DNA of 64,000 nt from Eledone cirrhosa (lineage: Eukaryota), in assembly GCA_964016885.1 (NCBI GenBank), contig OZ024746.1, forward strand, positions 48,732,001 to 48,796,000, given 5' to 3'. The notes under the pieces were generated by a model, which saw only the letters and a program-made list of their open reading frames with translations, was not told the origin of the DNA and made no database searches. Each line of letters begins with the position of its first letter. Positions within the stretch are counted from its first letter, which is position 1. Positions 25,476-38,389 of the stretch are shown piece by piece. The translations under genes and the position numbers were made by a program.

Positions 25476-25730
25476 TATGTGTTTGTGTCTATATTGTATC
25501 TATATTATTTTTGACCGCCGGTCAGTCAATGGCAACATTGAGGACCGAGTAAGTTAGATCACAGATATAAAAGACAGCGAGAAGCGAAAACCAACCAAAC
25601 AGTGAGTGTGTTCTGTTATTAATTCTGGCAATATTACGCAAATATGACCCTCCCCAAATATAACAATATATATATATATATATATATACAATATTAAATA
25701 AATGGAAAACTATATTTATAAAACCATATT

Positions 25731-25796
25731 TATTTCATTATATATATTTCGGGGATATCATATTAACAATATGTTATGCCTTCATCAGACAAAATA
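25731..25796 (-). ncRNA. Type I hammerhead, canonical core (inverted pLTR copy)
   Basis: Reverse complement of 28565-28630. Confidence 0.65.
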
Positions 25797-26156
25797 CAAT
25801 ATAAACAGTTTTATAGATAAATATATTCGACATACCGTAATAAACATCAACTTCATTTGAAGAGGTTTACTCTAGCAGTGAAAATACAGAGAGAAAGAAA
25901 GAGAGAAAGAAAAGAGGGAAAAAAGAAAGAAAGAAAGACAAAACGAAGAAGAGGAAGAAAAAGAAGAAAAAGAAAAAGAAGAAATGCATGGGACAAAATA
26001 TAGAGATGGAAAAATAGATAAAGCGAAGAGCTTCATGTAAAGAGACAGAAAGAGATATATATATATATAGAGAGAGGAAATAGAGATAGATACATATATA
26101 TATAGAGAAAATTAGGTAGTGGGAGGTCATTTTGAGTAAGTGTATCAATGATACAT

Positions 26157-26191
<35 letters not shown>

Positions 26192-27381
26192 GCTCAAGTA
26201 TTAATGTAAGGGAGATATATAGAGAGATATAGAGAGATATATAGAGAGAAAAAAAATTTAAAAATAGCCAGACATATTCGAGGCGTAGAAAACCCTATGT
26301 TTTAATGTATTAGTATTTATAAAACTTACACTATATTGTAAATATCAGTATTCCTGAATGAAACAAGTATTCACAATGTGTGAAAATTCATTATCAGTTT
26401 TAAAAAATTCATATGTTTATGTGACAGCTACAAACATCAATGTGAATCCAACTGATTCACTCTGCAAACTTTTAGTTACCGGAAAACATTCTCAGTGTGG
26501 TATAAAAATTTGAGCGTATTATTATTCTTGCGATTACTCTACAAGATTATCTATCAAGCAGAAATAGAGAGCAGATTTCAATATACTAATCGAAAATATA
26601 TATTATATTATAAACAAAGATAACAATAATAATAATAATAAGTAAAAATATATAAAAATATAGAATAGAAAACTAAAAAAAATATATTACGAAAGAATAT
26701 TACATAATAAAAATATTGCATATTAAAATACTACCTATTAAAAAATATTACGTATTAAAAATTTACATATAAAAATATTAAAAATAAAATAAAAAAATAA
26801 AATAAAAAATAAAAATATTATAGAATACTACAATACTAAAAGAATAAAAATAAAAATAAAAATAAAAATAAAAATAAAAATAAAAATAAAAATAAAAATA
26901 AAAATAAAAATAAAAATAAAAATAAAAATAAAAATAAAAATAAAAATAAAAATAAAAATAAAAATAAAAATAAAAATGAAATTAAAAATAAAATAAAAAT
27001 AAACCACAAAGAACAACCCTTCAAAGTTAATTGACAATATATTGCCAAGTTCATTACAAGACAAAGCCAAAAATTATGTATCAAATCACATCTAGCAAAG
27101 AATATCGCAAAAAAAGATTATGATGTCCAATAATGTCTACATAAGTTCCTATATTTAATATAGAAGTTTATCTAGTGTAAGGTTAATTCAAAAAAATTTG
27201 GAGCATCGGCTTTTAGGGTAGCTTAATTTTTCATGAGGAATGTTTAGATAAAAAATAATAAAAAATAAAAATAAATAAAATAAAATAAACAATAGAAAGA
27301 GTAAAAAGAGGGAATCAAAGATTTAGGAATCAAAAGATTTATCGGCTAGTTCTCATATAAATATAAATCAAACTAAATATA

Positions 27382-27830
27382 CTACATTTTAAATTTAAAT
27401 TTATATTTAAACGTTGAGTTTAATCTATGTTTGCAACAACTGAATAAATTTGTCCGTAGGTTAAGGGAATTTTTAGATTTTAGTATAAAGAATATCTCCT
27501 CTGCGCAGAGGTCACATGTCTCAGAGGATGAATTAAAAGGAATCCCTCTTGAGACTATATTCCAAGCCGTCGAATATCTAACGTTATCTAGCTTAAGTTG
27601 CCAGAGTACCCCTGATAGTGCCGTTGAAGATTTTTTATTTGGATCTGTGAAAGAATTCTTGTGGTTATTATAGCGAAGTTTAAATTCCGTCGATGTTGAA
27701 CCGACGTAGTTAAAAGAATTAGAGTCAGTATTAACATTACAATTGTATACTATATTTTTAACTAAGCAGTTGTTATTTAACGGACATTTAGATCTATCTC
27801 TACAGTTACATTTGTTAACTTGTATATTAT
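27382..27830 (-). pseudogene. Inverted duplicate of the C-terminal ~149 codons (zinc linker + GIY-YIG) of the 28810-31023 ORF
   Basis: Reverse complement of ~30575-31023; identical antisense 80-aa ORFs appear in the track at 27431 and 30732. Confidence 0.9.
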
Positions 27831-28564
27831 AAGAATAATAATACGCTCAAATTTTTATACCACACTGAGAATGTTTTCCGGTAACTAAAAGTTTGCAGAG
27901 TGAATCAGTTGGATTCACATTGATGTTTGTAGCTGTCACATAAACATATGAATTTTTTAAAACTAAACATAAGATAATGAATTTTCACACACTGTGAATA
28001 CTTGTTTCATTCAGGAATACTGATATTTACAATATAGTGTAAGTTTTATAAATACTAATACATTAAAACATAGGGTTTTCTACGCCTCGAATATGTCTGG
28101 CTATTTTTAAATTTTTTTCTCTCTCTATATCTCTCTATATCTCTCTATATATCTCCCTTACATTAATACTTGAGCTAAATAAATAAATAAATAAATAAAT
28201 AAATGTATCATTGATACACTTACTCAAAATGACCTCCCACTACCTAATTTTCTATATATATATATATGTATCTATCTCTATTTCCTCTCTCTATATATAT
28301 ATATATCTCTTTCTGTCTCTTTACATGAAGCTCTTCGCTTTATCTATTTTTCCATCTCTATATTTTGTCCCATGCATTTCTTCTTTTTCTTTTTCTTCTT
28401 TTTCTTCCTCTTCTTCGTTTTGTCTTTCTTTCTTTCTTTTTTCCCTCTTTTCTTTCTCTCTTTCTTTCTCTCTGTATTTTCACTGCTAGAGTAAACCTCT
28501 TCAAATGAAGTTGATGTTTATTACGGTATGTCGAATATATTTATCTATAAAACTGTTTATATTG

Positions 28565-28630
28565 TATTTTGTCTGATGAAGGCATAACATATTGTTAATA
28601 TGATATCCCCGAAATATATATAATGAAATA
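28565..28630 (+). ncRNA. Type I hammerhead, canonical core (5' pLTR)
   Basis: tattttgt CTGATGA aggcataa-catatt-gtt-aatatg-atatcccc GAAA tatata TA atgaaata. Stem I has two G-U pairs, stem II is long and imperfect, and stem III is palindromic. Confidence 0.65.
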
Positions 28631-28809
28631 AATATGGTTTTATAAATATAGTTTTCCATTTATTTAATATTGTAAATATACTCCAAATATTTGTCGAGTG
28701 CTTTTATATCAGTTATAAATATTTACTAGTTGTAACCCAACAATTTTAAATATAACTTTACATGTATCTTGCTCCAATACTGTTGAGCGCTTTATATTAT
28801 AACTGAAAA

Positions 28810-31023
28810 ATGGAATTCTTTAAGATTACTTCCTCTCTAAAAGACATACCTCTACCTAGAAACAAAGACTTTGTAAAACAACTAATAGATAAATCTGACT
28901 CTTTTATAAGGAGAATCAGGTGGCGTGCATTCCACTTTGATAAATCTAATGCAGACGAAAATATCTCGGACTTAAACAAAGTTTTCAAATCTAAAAGAAA
29001 TCCACCCCCTAACAAACTTTTATCTGACTTTGAAAACGATATAATTTCTATCATACAAGGGGTCAAATTCAAGAGATACTTTAAAGGCCAGGAATATCTG
29101 AAAGGCATTAAGGATAACATTGAGAGCTTAGAGAAAACTGAGAAGATCTTGGTGAAATCTGACAAGACTAACAACCTCTATGGAGTGCGGAAAGACATGT
29201 ATAATGGCCTCATACTGAAAGAGCTGAGGAAAAAATACAAGGTAGCAGATAAGGCCGAACTTGAGAAAATGAATGTGGAAGCATCTTGTATAATGCATGA
29301 GTTGGAAATTGAGAACAGAACACAACCTTTCGTGCCCAGGAAACCGAAGATCAATATGAAGGACCACAAGAGGAATTTTGAAAATGACCTGCCAGTTAGA
29401 TTGATCGCACCTTCAAAATCGGACCTGGGCAAATTAAGCAAAAACATTCTTGACAGGGTGATACTGCAAATTAAGAATTTGGATTGTGTATCTAACCTGA
29501 GCTTGTGGAAGGGAACTGGAGAGGTTGTTGAGTGGTTTAGGCAAATTAAATATGACAATAATAATAGGTTTATTCAACTTGATATAGCTAACTATTATTC
29601 TTCTATTACCCCTAGTCTACTAAATAAGGCACTAAATTACGCATTCAAACATACGGACCTAACTAGCAAAGAAATGCATATTATATTATCGGCTAGGAAA
29701 ACTTTGATAGAATTTAATGACAAATTATGGACCAGAGCAGATAGAGATAGCAATTTTGACATAACTATGGGATCCTCCGACTCAGCTCAGGTAACTGACC
29801 TTGTGGGCTTATTTTTAATCAATTCGCTACATAGGAAAATACCTGGTACTACCGGAGGTTTATATAGGGATGACATGCTTTTACTTATTAATAATAATAA
29901 CCCTGAACTAAATAGAAAATGTAAACAAATTACAAAATTTTTTAATTACTTTAACCTTAAAATAGAAATTGAGAACAACCATAGAATAGTCAATTTCCTA
30001 GATATAACATTAAATCTCAACACATGTCTCCACTATCCTTTTCACAAGTTGAATGAAAACTTAAACTATGTCAACTTTAACTCTAACCACCCCAGATCTG
30101 TCAAAAACACTATAGTAAACTCAGTCCAAAAACGTATCTCTAGGATTTCGTCGAATAGAAAGATTTTTGACGAAAAGGCCCAATGCTATAATGATGCACT
30201 AGCTAGGGCAGGGTATGCTGATAAGATTGTGTACATAGATAATGATAGACAAACTAAACAAAGTAACAACTTTTTTAATTACGGCAACAACATTAACAAC
30301 TATAATAGAAAGCATTACAATAATTCCAAAGGACAAAAAAGAAATAGAACTAGGAACATAATTTGGTTTGCCCCCCCTTTCTCACTAAACATTAAAACCC
30401 ACATCGCTAAATTATTTTTCAAAGCTCTTGATAATCGCTTCCCTAGAACACATAGGTATCACTCAATCTTCAATAGGCATACAATTAAATTAACCTACTC
30501 ATCCACCAAAAATTTAGCACAAAATATTAATAGAATAAATAATAGGAACTTAAAACCTACTGATAATAGCATAAATAATATACAAGTTAACAAATGTAAC
30601 TGTAGAGATAGATCTAAATGTCCGTTAAATAACAACTGCTTAGTTAAAAATATAGTATACAATTGTAATGTTAATACTGACTCTAATTCTTTTAACTACG
30701 TCGGTTCCACATCGACGGAATTTAAACTTCGTTATAATAACCACAAGAATTCTTTCACAGATCCAAATAAAAAATCTTCAACGGCACTATCAGGGGTACT
30801 CTGGCAACTTAAGCTAGATAACGTTAGATATTCGACGGCTTGGAATATAGTCTCAAGAGGGATTCCTTTTAATTCATCCTCTGAGACATGTGACCTCTGC
30901 GCAGAGGAGATATTCTTTATACTAAAATCTAAAAATTCCCTTAACCTACGGACAAATTTATTCAGTTGTTGCAAACATAGATTAAACTCAACGTTTAAAT
31001 ATAAATTTAAATTTAAAATGTAG
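28810..31023 (+). CDS. Intact PLE RT-GIY-YIG polyprotein (Naiad-like), 737 aa
   Basis: N-terminus SLKDIPLP..FIRRIRWRAF, then KSDKTNNLY, KDHK, LDIANYY, MGSSDSA, LYRDD, FLDIT, WFAPP, KLTYS, CNC...CPL...C, IVYNC...YVGST...FKLRYNNH, CDLC..E and CKH. No stops or frameshifts. Confidence 0.95.
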   Translation: MEFFKITSSLKDIPLPRNKDFVKQLIDKSDSFIRRIRWRAFHFDKSNADENISDLNKVFKSKRNPPPNKLLSDFENDIISIIQGVKFKRYFKGQEYLKGIKDNIESLEKTEKILVKSDKTNNLYGVRKDMYNGLILKELRKKYKVADKAELEKMNVEASCIMHELEIENRTQPFVPRKPKINMKDHKRNFENDLPVRLIAPSKSDLGKLSKNILDRVILQIKNLDCVSNLSLWKGTGEVVEWFRQIKYDNNNRFIQLDIANYYSSITPSLLNKALNYAFKHTDLTSKEMHIILSARKTLIEFNDKLWTRADRDSNFDITMGSSDSAQVTDLVGLFLINSLHRKIPGTTGGLYRDDMLLLINNNNPELNRKCKQITKFFNYFNLKIEIENNHRIVNFLDITLNLNTCLHYPFHKLNENLNYVNFNSNHPRSVKNTIVNSVQKRISRISSNRKIFDEKAQCYNDALARAGYADKIVYIDNDRQTKQSNNFFNYGNNINNYNRKHYNNSKGQKRNRTRNIIWFAPPFSLNIKTHIAKLFFKALDNRFPRTHRYHSIFNRHTIKLTYSSTKNLAQNINRINNRNLKPTDNSINNIQVNKCNCRDRSKCPLNNNCLVKNIVYNCNVNTDSNSFNYVGSTSTEFKLRYNNHKNSFTDPNKKSSTALSGVLWQLKLDNVRYSTAWNIVSRGIPFNSSSETCDLCAEEIFFILKSKNSLNLRTNLFSCCKHRLNSTFKYKFKFKM

Positions 31024-32158
31024 TATATTTAGTTTGATTTATATTTATATGAGAACTAGCCGATAAATCTTTTGATTCCTAAATCTTTGATTCCCTCTTT
31101 TTACTCTTTCTATTGTTTATTTTATTTTATTTATTTTTATTTTTTATTTTTTATTATTTTTTATCTAAACATTCCTCATGAAAAATTAAGCTACCCTAAA
31201 AGCCGATGCTCCAAATTTTTTTGAATTAACCTTACACTAGATAAACTTCTATATTAAATATAGGAACTTATGTAGACATTATTGGACATCATAATCTTTT
31301 TTTGCGATATTCTTTGCTAGATGTGATTTGATACATAATTTTTGGCTTTGTCTTGTAATGAACTTGGCAATATATTGTCAATTAACTTTGAAGGGTTGTT
31401 CTTTGTGGTTTATTTTTATTTTATTTTTATTTTCATTTTTATTTTTATTTTTATTTTTATTTTTATTTTTATTTTTATTTTTATTTTTATTTTTATTCTT
31501 TTAGTATTGTAGTATTCTATAATATTTTTATTTTTTATTTTATTTTTTTATTTTATTTTTAATATTTTTATATGTAAATTTTTAATACGTAATATTTTTT
31601 AATACGTAGTATTTTAATATGCAATATTTTTATTATGTAATATTCTTTTGTAATATATTTTTTTTAGTTTTCTATTCTATATTTTTATATATTTTTACTT
31701 ATTATTATTATTATTATTGTTATCTTTGTTTATAATATAATATATATTTTCGATTAGTATATTGAAATCTGCTCTCTATTTCTGCTTGATAGATAATCTT
31801 GTAGAGTAATCGCAAGAATAATAATACGCTCAAATTTTTATACCACACTGAGAATGTTTTCCGGTAACTAAAAGTTTGCAGAGTGAATCAGTTGGATTCA
31901 CATTGATGTTTGTAGCTGTCACATAAACATATGAATTTTTTAAAACTAAACATAAGATAATGAATTTTCACACATTGTGAATACTTGTTTCATTCAGGAA
32001 TACTGATATTTACAATATAGTTTAAGTTTTATAAATACTAATACATTAAAACATAGGGTTTTCTACGCCTCGAATATGTCTGGCTATTTTTAAATTTTTT
32101 TCTCTCTCTATATCTCTCTATATCTCTCTATATATCTCCCTTACATTAATACTTGAGC

Positions 32159-32197
<39 letters not shown>

Positions 32198-32557
32198 ATG
32201 TATCATTGATACACTTACTCAAAATGACCTCCCACTACCTAATTTTCTATATATATATATGTATCTATCTCTATTTCCTCTCTCTCTATATATATATATC
32301 TCTTTCTGTCTCTTTACATGAAGCTCTTCGCTTTATCTATTTTTCCATCTCTATATTTTGTCCCATGCATTTCTTCTTTTTCTTTTTCTTCTTTTTCTTC
32401 CTCTTCTTCGTTTTGTCTTTCTTTCTTTCTTTTTTCCCTCTTTTCTTTCTCTCTTTCTTTCTCTCTGTATTTTCACTGCTAGAGTAAACCTCTTCAAATG
32501 AAGTTGATGTTTATTACGGTATGTCGAATATATTTATCTATAAAACTGTTTATATTG

Positions 32558-32623
32558 TATTTTGTCTGATGAAGGCATAACATATTGTTAATATGATATC
32601 CCCGAAATATATATAATGAAATA
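32558..32623 (+). ncRNA. Type I hammerhead, canonical core (3' pLTR)
   Basis: Identical to 28565-28630. Confidence 0.65.
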
Positions 32624-32788
32624 AATATGGTTTTATAAATATAGTTTTCCATTTATTTAATATTGTAAATATACTCCAAATATTTGTCGAGTGCTTTTAT
32701 ATCAGTTATAAATATTTACTAGTTGTAACCCAACAATTTTAAATATAACTTTACATATATATATATATATATATATATACTCACACAT

Positions 32789-33440
<652 letters not shown>

Positions 33441-33510
33441 ATCAACAGACACATTCACAAACACACCCACTCACACACTCGCGCGCACCCACATATACAT
33501 ATATATATAT

Positions 33511-33543
<33 letters not shown>

Positions 33544-33631
33544 TATACACACACACATATACACACATATATACACACATACATATACATATATATATAT
33601 ACACACACACACATATATATATACACACATA

Positions 33632-33709
<78 letters not shown>

Positions 33710-33774
33710 CATATACATATATATATATATATATATATCTACATATATACATACACACATATATACATATATAT

Positions 33775-34262
33775 AGAATAAGTAAAAGCGAAGTAGTTTC
33801 AGATGTTCAAGTTCTTTAATAATAATGCTGTGATATATATTTCAATGACGACACTGGCCACACTGTTCTGTGTGCGAGTGTCGTGACATCATCAGACAGC
33901 TTGTTACATAATAAGGTTGTTTCCGAGGCAATCCAAATTGAATCGACATGGGAACGGATGAAGTTCGTGGCTTTGGGTTTTTCATCCGTTCCCTTGTGAG
34001 TACCAATTCACCCCCACCGGTCTGCGCAAGCGCATGTCCGAAGGAAGTTGACCATTAGCACCGCAGATTTCAATGAAATTCGCTGTCAGTGGCCCACCTA
34101 TGCCATGCCAAAGTTTACTGCTACCATCGCTACTGTGGCAGTCAGCCGAAAGCCAGAGGGGATGGGAGGGTGTTAGTTTTTATAGGTCAAAATACTACCT
34201 TTCACTAAGCGTTGACAGTAAGACTGACCATCAACTCATAAGGTAAAATAAACTTAATTCTA
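33775..34262 (-). mobile_element. Non-coding PLE/retrozyme-like relic with hammerhead
   Basis: GC-richer island between (TA)/(CA) tracts, with an HHR ~50 bp from its 3' end. Confidence 0.6.
33827..33900 (-). ncRNA. Type I hammerhead, canonical core, long stem II
   Basis: Minus strand gctgt CTGATGA tgtcacgacact...agtgtcgtcatt GAAA tatata TC acagc. Confidence 0.8.
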
Positions 34263-34329
34263 GGTATATACATATACACACATACGTACACACTTACACA
34301 CATACATATACATATACATATATATATAT

Positions 34330-35576
34330 ATATGAATAAAGTGGTCCTTCATCACTGATCTTCCAATCATCATCGGTATTTCTTCGCTTTAAAGACCATA
34401 TACCACCGGTTGGTGCGAGCAACGGCTAAAGAAAGTCGTTGAGACATGTAAATAAAGGGAACAGCGAGAGTGTAAACAAACAAAGATGGTGAAGCAACGA
34501 AAAGTGAGGAAGAGCGAGTCAAGTCCAAAATTTCTATGAATATAAGTTCGGTGAAATCGTGAACGAGAGAGAATAAAGACCATCAAACCTGGTTGAAATG
34601 TGAGCAAGGAAGGAATTTCGCACAGGTCTAACGGGAGGAAGAAGGGGTCTAGTCTGTGAATTCGGTAAACATAAGTTCTGTGAAATCGTAGACGAGAGAG
34701 AGAGAAAAAAATGCCGACCGGCCTGGCTAAGCGTGCGAAAGAAAAGAATTACGCACAGGTCAAACGGGAAGAAGGAGGAGGAGGAGAGGTAGTAACAGAG
34801 AGTGAGTGAGTGAAGGGTGAGGAAGAGGCTAACAGAGAGAGTGACTGTTAGAGAGGGTAAAGATACAGAGAAAGAGGAAGCAGTAAGAACGAAATAGACG
34901 GATCACAGCGGGGGAAAGAAATATGTGTAAATATGAGAATAAACGTGCTGCGGAGTTGCAAATGGGTTACATATGAATAAAGTGGTCCTTCATCAGTGAT
35001 GTTCCAACCATCATTGGTATTTCTTCGCTTTAAAGACCATATACCTCCGGTTTGGCGAGCAACGGCTAAAGAAAGTCATTGGGACATGTAAATAAAGGGA
35101 ACAGCGAGAGTGTAAACAAACAAAGATGGTGAAGCAACGAAAAGTGAGGAAGAGCGAGTCAAGTCCAAAAATTTCTATGAATATAAGTTCGGTGAAATCG
35201 TGAACGAGAGAGAATAAAGACCATCAAACCTGGTTGAAATGTGAGCAAGGAAGGAATTTCGCACAGGTCTAACGGGAGGAAGAAGGGGTCTAGTCTGTGA
35301 ATTCAGTAAACATAAGTTCTGTGAAATCGTAGACGAGAGAGAGAAAAAAATGCCGACCGGCCTGGCTAAGCGTGCGAAAGAAAAGAATTACGCACAGGTC
35401 AAACGGGAAGAAGGAGAAGGAGGAGAGGTAGTAACAGAGAGTGAGTGAGTGAAGGGTGAGGAAGAGGCTAACAGAGAGAGTGACTGTTAGAGAGGGTAAA
35501 GATACAGAGAAAGAGGAAGCAGTAAGAACGAAATAGACGGGTCACAGCGGGGGGAAAAAATATGTGTAAATACGAG

Positions 35577-35577
<1 letters not shown>
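34330..35577. repeat. Tandem duplication of a ~641-bp unit (about 1.95 copies)
   Basis: atatgaataaagtggtccttcatca starts at ~34330 and 34971. Each unit contains an older ~130-bp internal duplication; flanked by (TA)n. Confidence 0.9.
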
Positions 35578-35621
<44 letters not shown>

Positions 35622-35718
35622 AACACACCCACACACATACATACATACACCTACATATACACACATACACACATATATACATACATACACACATACACAT
35701 GTGCACACATACATACAT

Positions 35719-35800
<82 letters not shown>

Positions 35801-36400
35801 GTGTGTATATATGTGTGTATATATATATATATGTGTATATGTGTGTATATGTGTGTATATGTATGTGTGTGTGTATATATGTGTATATCTGTATGTATAT
35901 AAACTAGCAGTTTAGGTATGATACATTTTATTACTAATTATATCTAAATGTTTCTTCTCTCTTCATAATGTAATTTTAACTCTGAAACTGGTTCAGTCTG
36001 GTTCAACCGGATTGGTCTGTCCCAGTCATTCATTGAGGAATATCGGTGAGGTTTGCACCCTTAACTCGCGGTTGGGTGTGGATGCATTCATGTATATGTG
36101 TGTGTCCGCATGTATCTGTGTGTTTCTAAATATATTGTTAATAACTCCCTCTGGTTGAGTAATCTTTGAAGTGTGGTGACTGCTGGAAAGCTGCCATTAC
36201 TCATACTTCTCGCCTCCCTCACCACCTCTTCTACGGCTTCGATATAAATACCCCTCCGCCTCTGTGGTATTTTCTTCGGGGTTATAAGAAGCTTAGCTCT
36301 GTTTTTCGACCGTTGTATCGCGTGACTATCTCCCCCTCCGCCTTTTGGGATTCTTTCTCACGTCGTATGGACGCGTTCTTGAGACTAGTAAAATGAGGTA

Positions 36401-36490
36401 TCCTCTTGATAAGTCGGCAGACCTCGCAGGGACTCTATATCTTTATGATGTATTGTTTTTGTTTATGCCACGAAACTACGTAGTCGAGGA
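36401..36490 (+). ncRNA. Type I hammerhead, UUGAUAA core (unit 1)
   Basis: tcctc TTGATAA gt(c)ggca...tgccac GAAA ctacgtag TC gagga; predicted cut after 36485. Confidence 0.8.
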
Positions 36491-36995
36491 ATCTAGGAGC
36501 AGTTTAGGTATGATACATTTTATTACTAATTATATCTAAATGTTTCTTCTCTCTTCATAATGTAATTTTAACTCTGATACTGGTTCAGTCTGGTTCAACC
36601 GGATTGGTCTGTCCCAGTCATTCATTGAGCAACATCGGTGAGGTTGGCACCCTTAACTCACGGTTGGGTGTGGATGCATTCATGTATATGTGTGTGTCCG
36701 CATGTATCTGTGTGTTTCTAAATATATTGTTAATAACTCCCTCTGGTTGAGTAATCTTTGAAGTGTGGTGACTGCTGGAAAGCTGCCATTACTCATACTT
36801 CTCGCCTCCCTCACCACCTCTTCTACGGCTCTGATATAAATACCCCCTCCGCCTCTGTGGTATTTTCTTCGGGGTTATAAGAGGCTTAGCTCTGTTTCTC
36901 GACCGTTGTATCGCGTGACTATCCCCCCCCCCCCGCCTTTTGGGATTCTTTCTCACGTCGTATGGACGCGTTCTTGAGACTAGTAAAATGAGGTA

Positions 36996-37085
36996 TCCTC
37001 TTGATAAGTCGGCAGACCTCGCAGGGACTCTATATCTTTATGATGTATTGTTTTTGTTTATGCCACGAAACTACGTAGTCGAGGA
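36996..37085 (+). ncRNA. Type I hammerhead, UUGAUAA core (unit 2)
   Basis: Same sequence as unit 1; predicted cut after 37080. Confidence 0.8.
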
Positions 37086-37588
37086 ATCTAGGAGCAGTTT
37101 AGGTATGATACATTTTATTACTAATTATATCTAAATGTTTCTTCTCTCTTCATAATGTAATTTTAACTCTGATACTGGTTCAGTTTGGTTCAACCGGATT
37201 GGTCTGTCCCAGTCATTCATTGAGCAACATCGGTGAGGTTGGCACCCTTAACTCACGGTTGGGTGTGGATGCATTCATGTATATGTGTGTGTCCGCATGT
37301 ATCTGTGTGTTTCTAAATATATTGTTAATAACTCCCTCTGGTTGAGTAATCTTTGAAGTGTGGTGACTGCTGGAAAGCTGCCATTACTCATACTTCTCGC
37401 CTCCCTCACCACCTCTTCTACGGCTTCGATATAAATACCCCCTCCGCCTCTGTGGTATTTTCTTCGGGGTTATAAGAGGCTTAGCTCTGTTTCTCGACCG
37501 TTGTATCGCGTGACTATCTCCCCCTCCGCCTTTTGGGATTCTTTCTCACGTCGTATGGACGCGTTCTTGAGACTAGTAAAATGAGGTA

Positions 37589-37678
37589 TCCTCTTGATAA
37601 GTCGGCAGACCTCGCAGGGACTCTATATCTTTATGATGTATTGTTTTTGTTTATGCCACGAAACTACGTAGTCGAGGA
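37589..37678 (+). ncRNA. Type I hammerhead, UUGAUAA core (unit 3)
   Basis: Same sequence as unit 1; predicted cut after 37673. Confidence 0.8.
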
Positions 37679-37744
37679 ATCTAGGAGCAGTTTAGGTATG
37701 ATACATTTTATTACTAATTATATCTAAATGTTTCTTCTCTCTTC

Positions 37745-37811
<67 letters not shown>

Positions 37812-38025
37812 GTTAAAAGTGTACATCCACATATGTATACTGAAATACTAGTATGCATATAAATACACACACGTATACATATGTACATGTACCGAGTTCT
37901 TCACTGGACACTTTACTGTGAGTGTCCAGCTAGTCTGTATGTAACCAAACAGACAAGCCGGTTTTTAGAGTCATACTGGTTTTCAAGGAAACACCTTTCC
38001 TCTATTCTCCAGAGAGCCAGACAGG

Positions 38026-38070
38026 AATATTGGACTAGTTTCGATGTTATTACATCTCATCAGCAATATT
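38026..38070 (-). ncRNA. Minimal type I hammerhead, canonical core
   Basis: Reverse complement of 38345-38389. Confidence 0.88.
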
Positions 38071-38344
38071 TACCCATCTCCCGGCCTCTCTAGAGAATCA
38101 TAAAAGCACATATCGTTATATGCTTTTTCTATGAAAAGTAGTAGTGGGAAGACCAATTTGCATAGAACGTGAGTACGCACCGGTTCAGCGGAAACGATAA
38201 AAACAAATAACGAAACGAAATTAAATTTGAACCGGTGCGTACTCACGTTCTATGCAAATTGGTCTGCCCACTACTAATTTTCATAGAAAAAGCATATAAC
38301 GATATGTGCTTTTATGATTCTCTAGAGAGGCCGGAAGATGGGTA

Positions 38345-38389
38345 AATATTGCTGATGAGATGTAATAACATCGAAACTAGTCCAATATT
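38345..38389 (+). ncRNA. Minimal type I hammerhead, canonical core
   Basis: aatattg CTGATGA gatgt-aata-acatc GAAA ctag TC caatatt; perfect stems I and II, palindromic stem III, GUC triplet. Confidence 0.88.

Larger units (their letters stand above)
22732..25669 (+). mobile_element. Penelope-like element, Neptune-like, 5'-truncated with inverted terminal segment
   Basis: RT + GIY-YIG ORF; 22774-22851 is the reverse complement of 25592-25669; both ends are in (TA)n. Confidence 0.92.
25687..32756 (+). mobile_element. Full-length Naiad-like PLE in partial tandem, plus a 2.1-kb inverted 3' copy
   Basis: Direct pLTRs 27831-28763 and ~31814-32756 flank the ORF. 25687-27830 is an inverted copy of ~30575-32667. 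The copies are nearly identical, with (TA)n at both ends. Confidence 0.93.
35906..37746 (+). repeat. Tandem array of ~594-bp units (about 3.1 copies), one hammerhead per unit
   Basis: Identical 64-aa ORFs at 36345, 36940 and 37533 mark the period. The units are nearly identical and bounded by microsatellites. Confidence 0.95.

Noticed and set aside
28810-31023. Selenoprotein-type Naiad (in-frame UGA plus SECIS)
   Set aside because: Neither Naiad-like ORF contains an internal TGA. The TGA at 28804 lies upstream of a normal-looking N-terminus.
36345-37727. Repeated 64-aa ORF as a real gene
   Set aside because: It has a TTG start, overlaps the hammerhead and would be cut by it; its identity simply reflects the tandem duplication.
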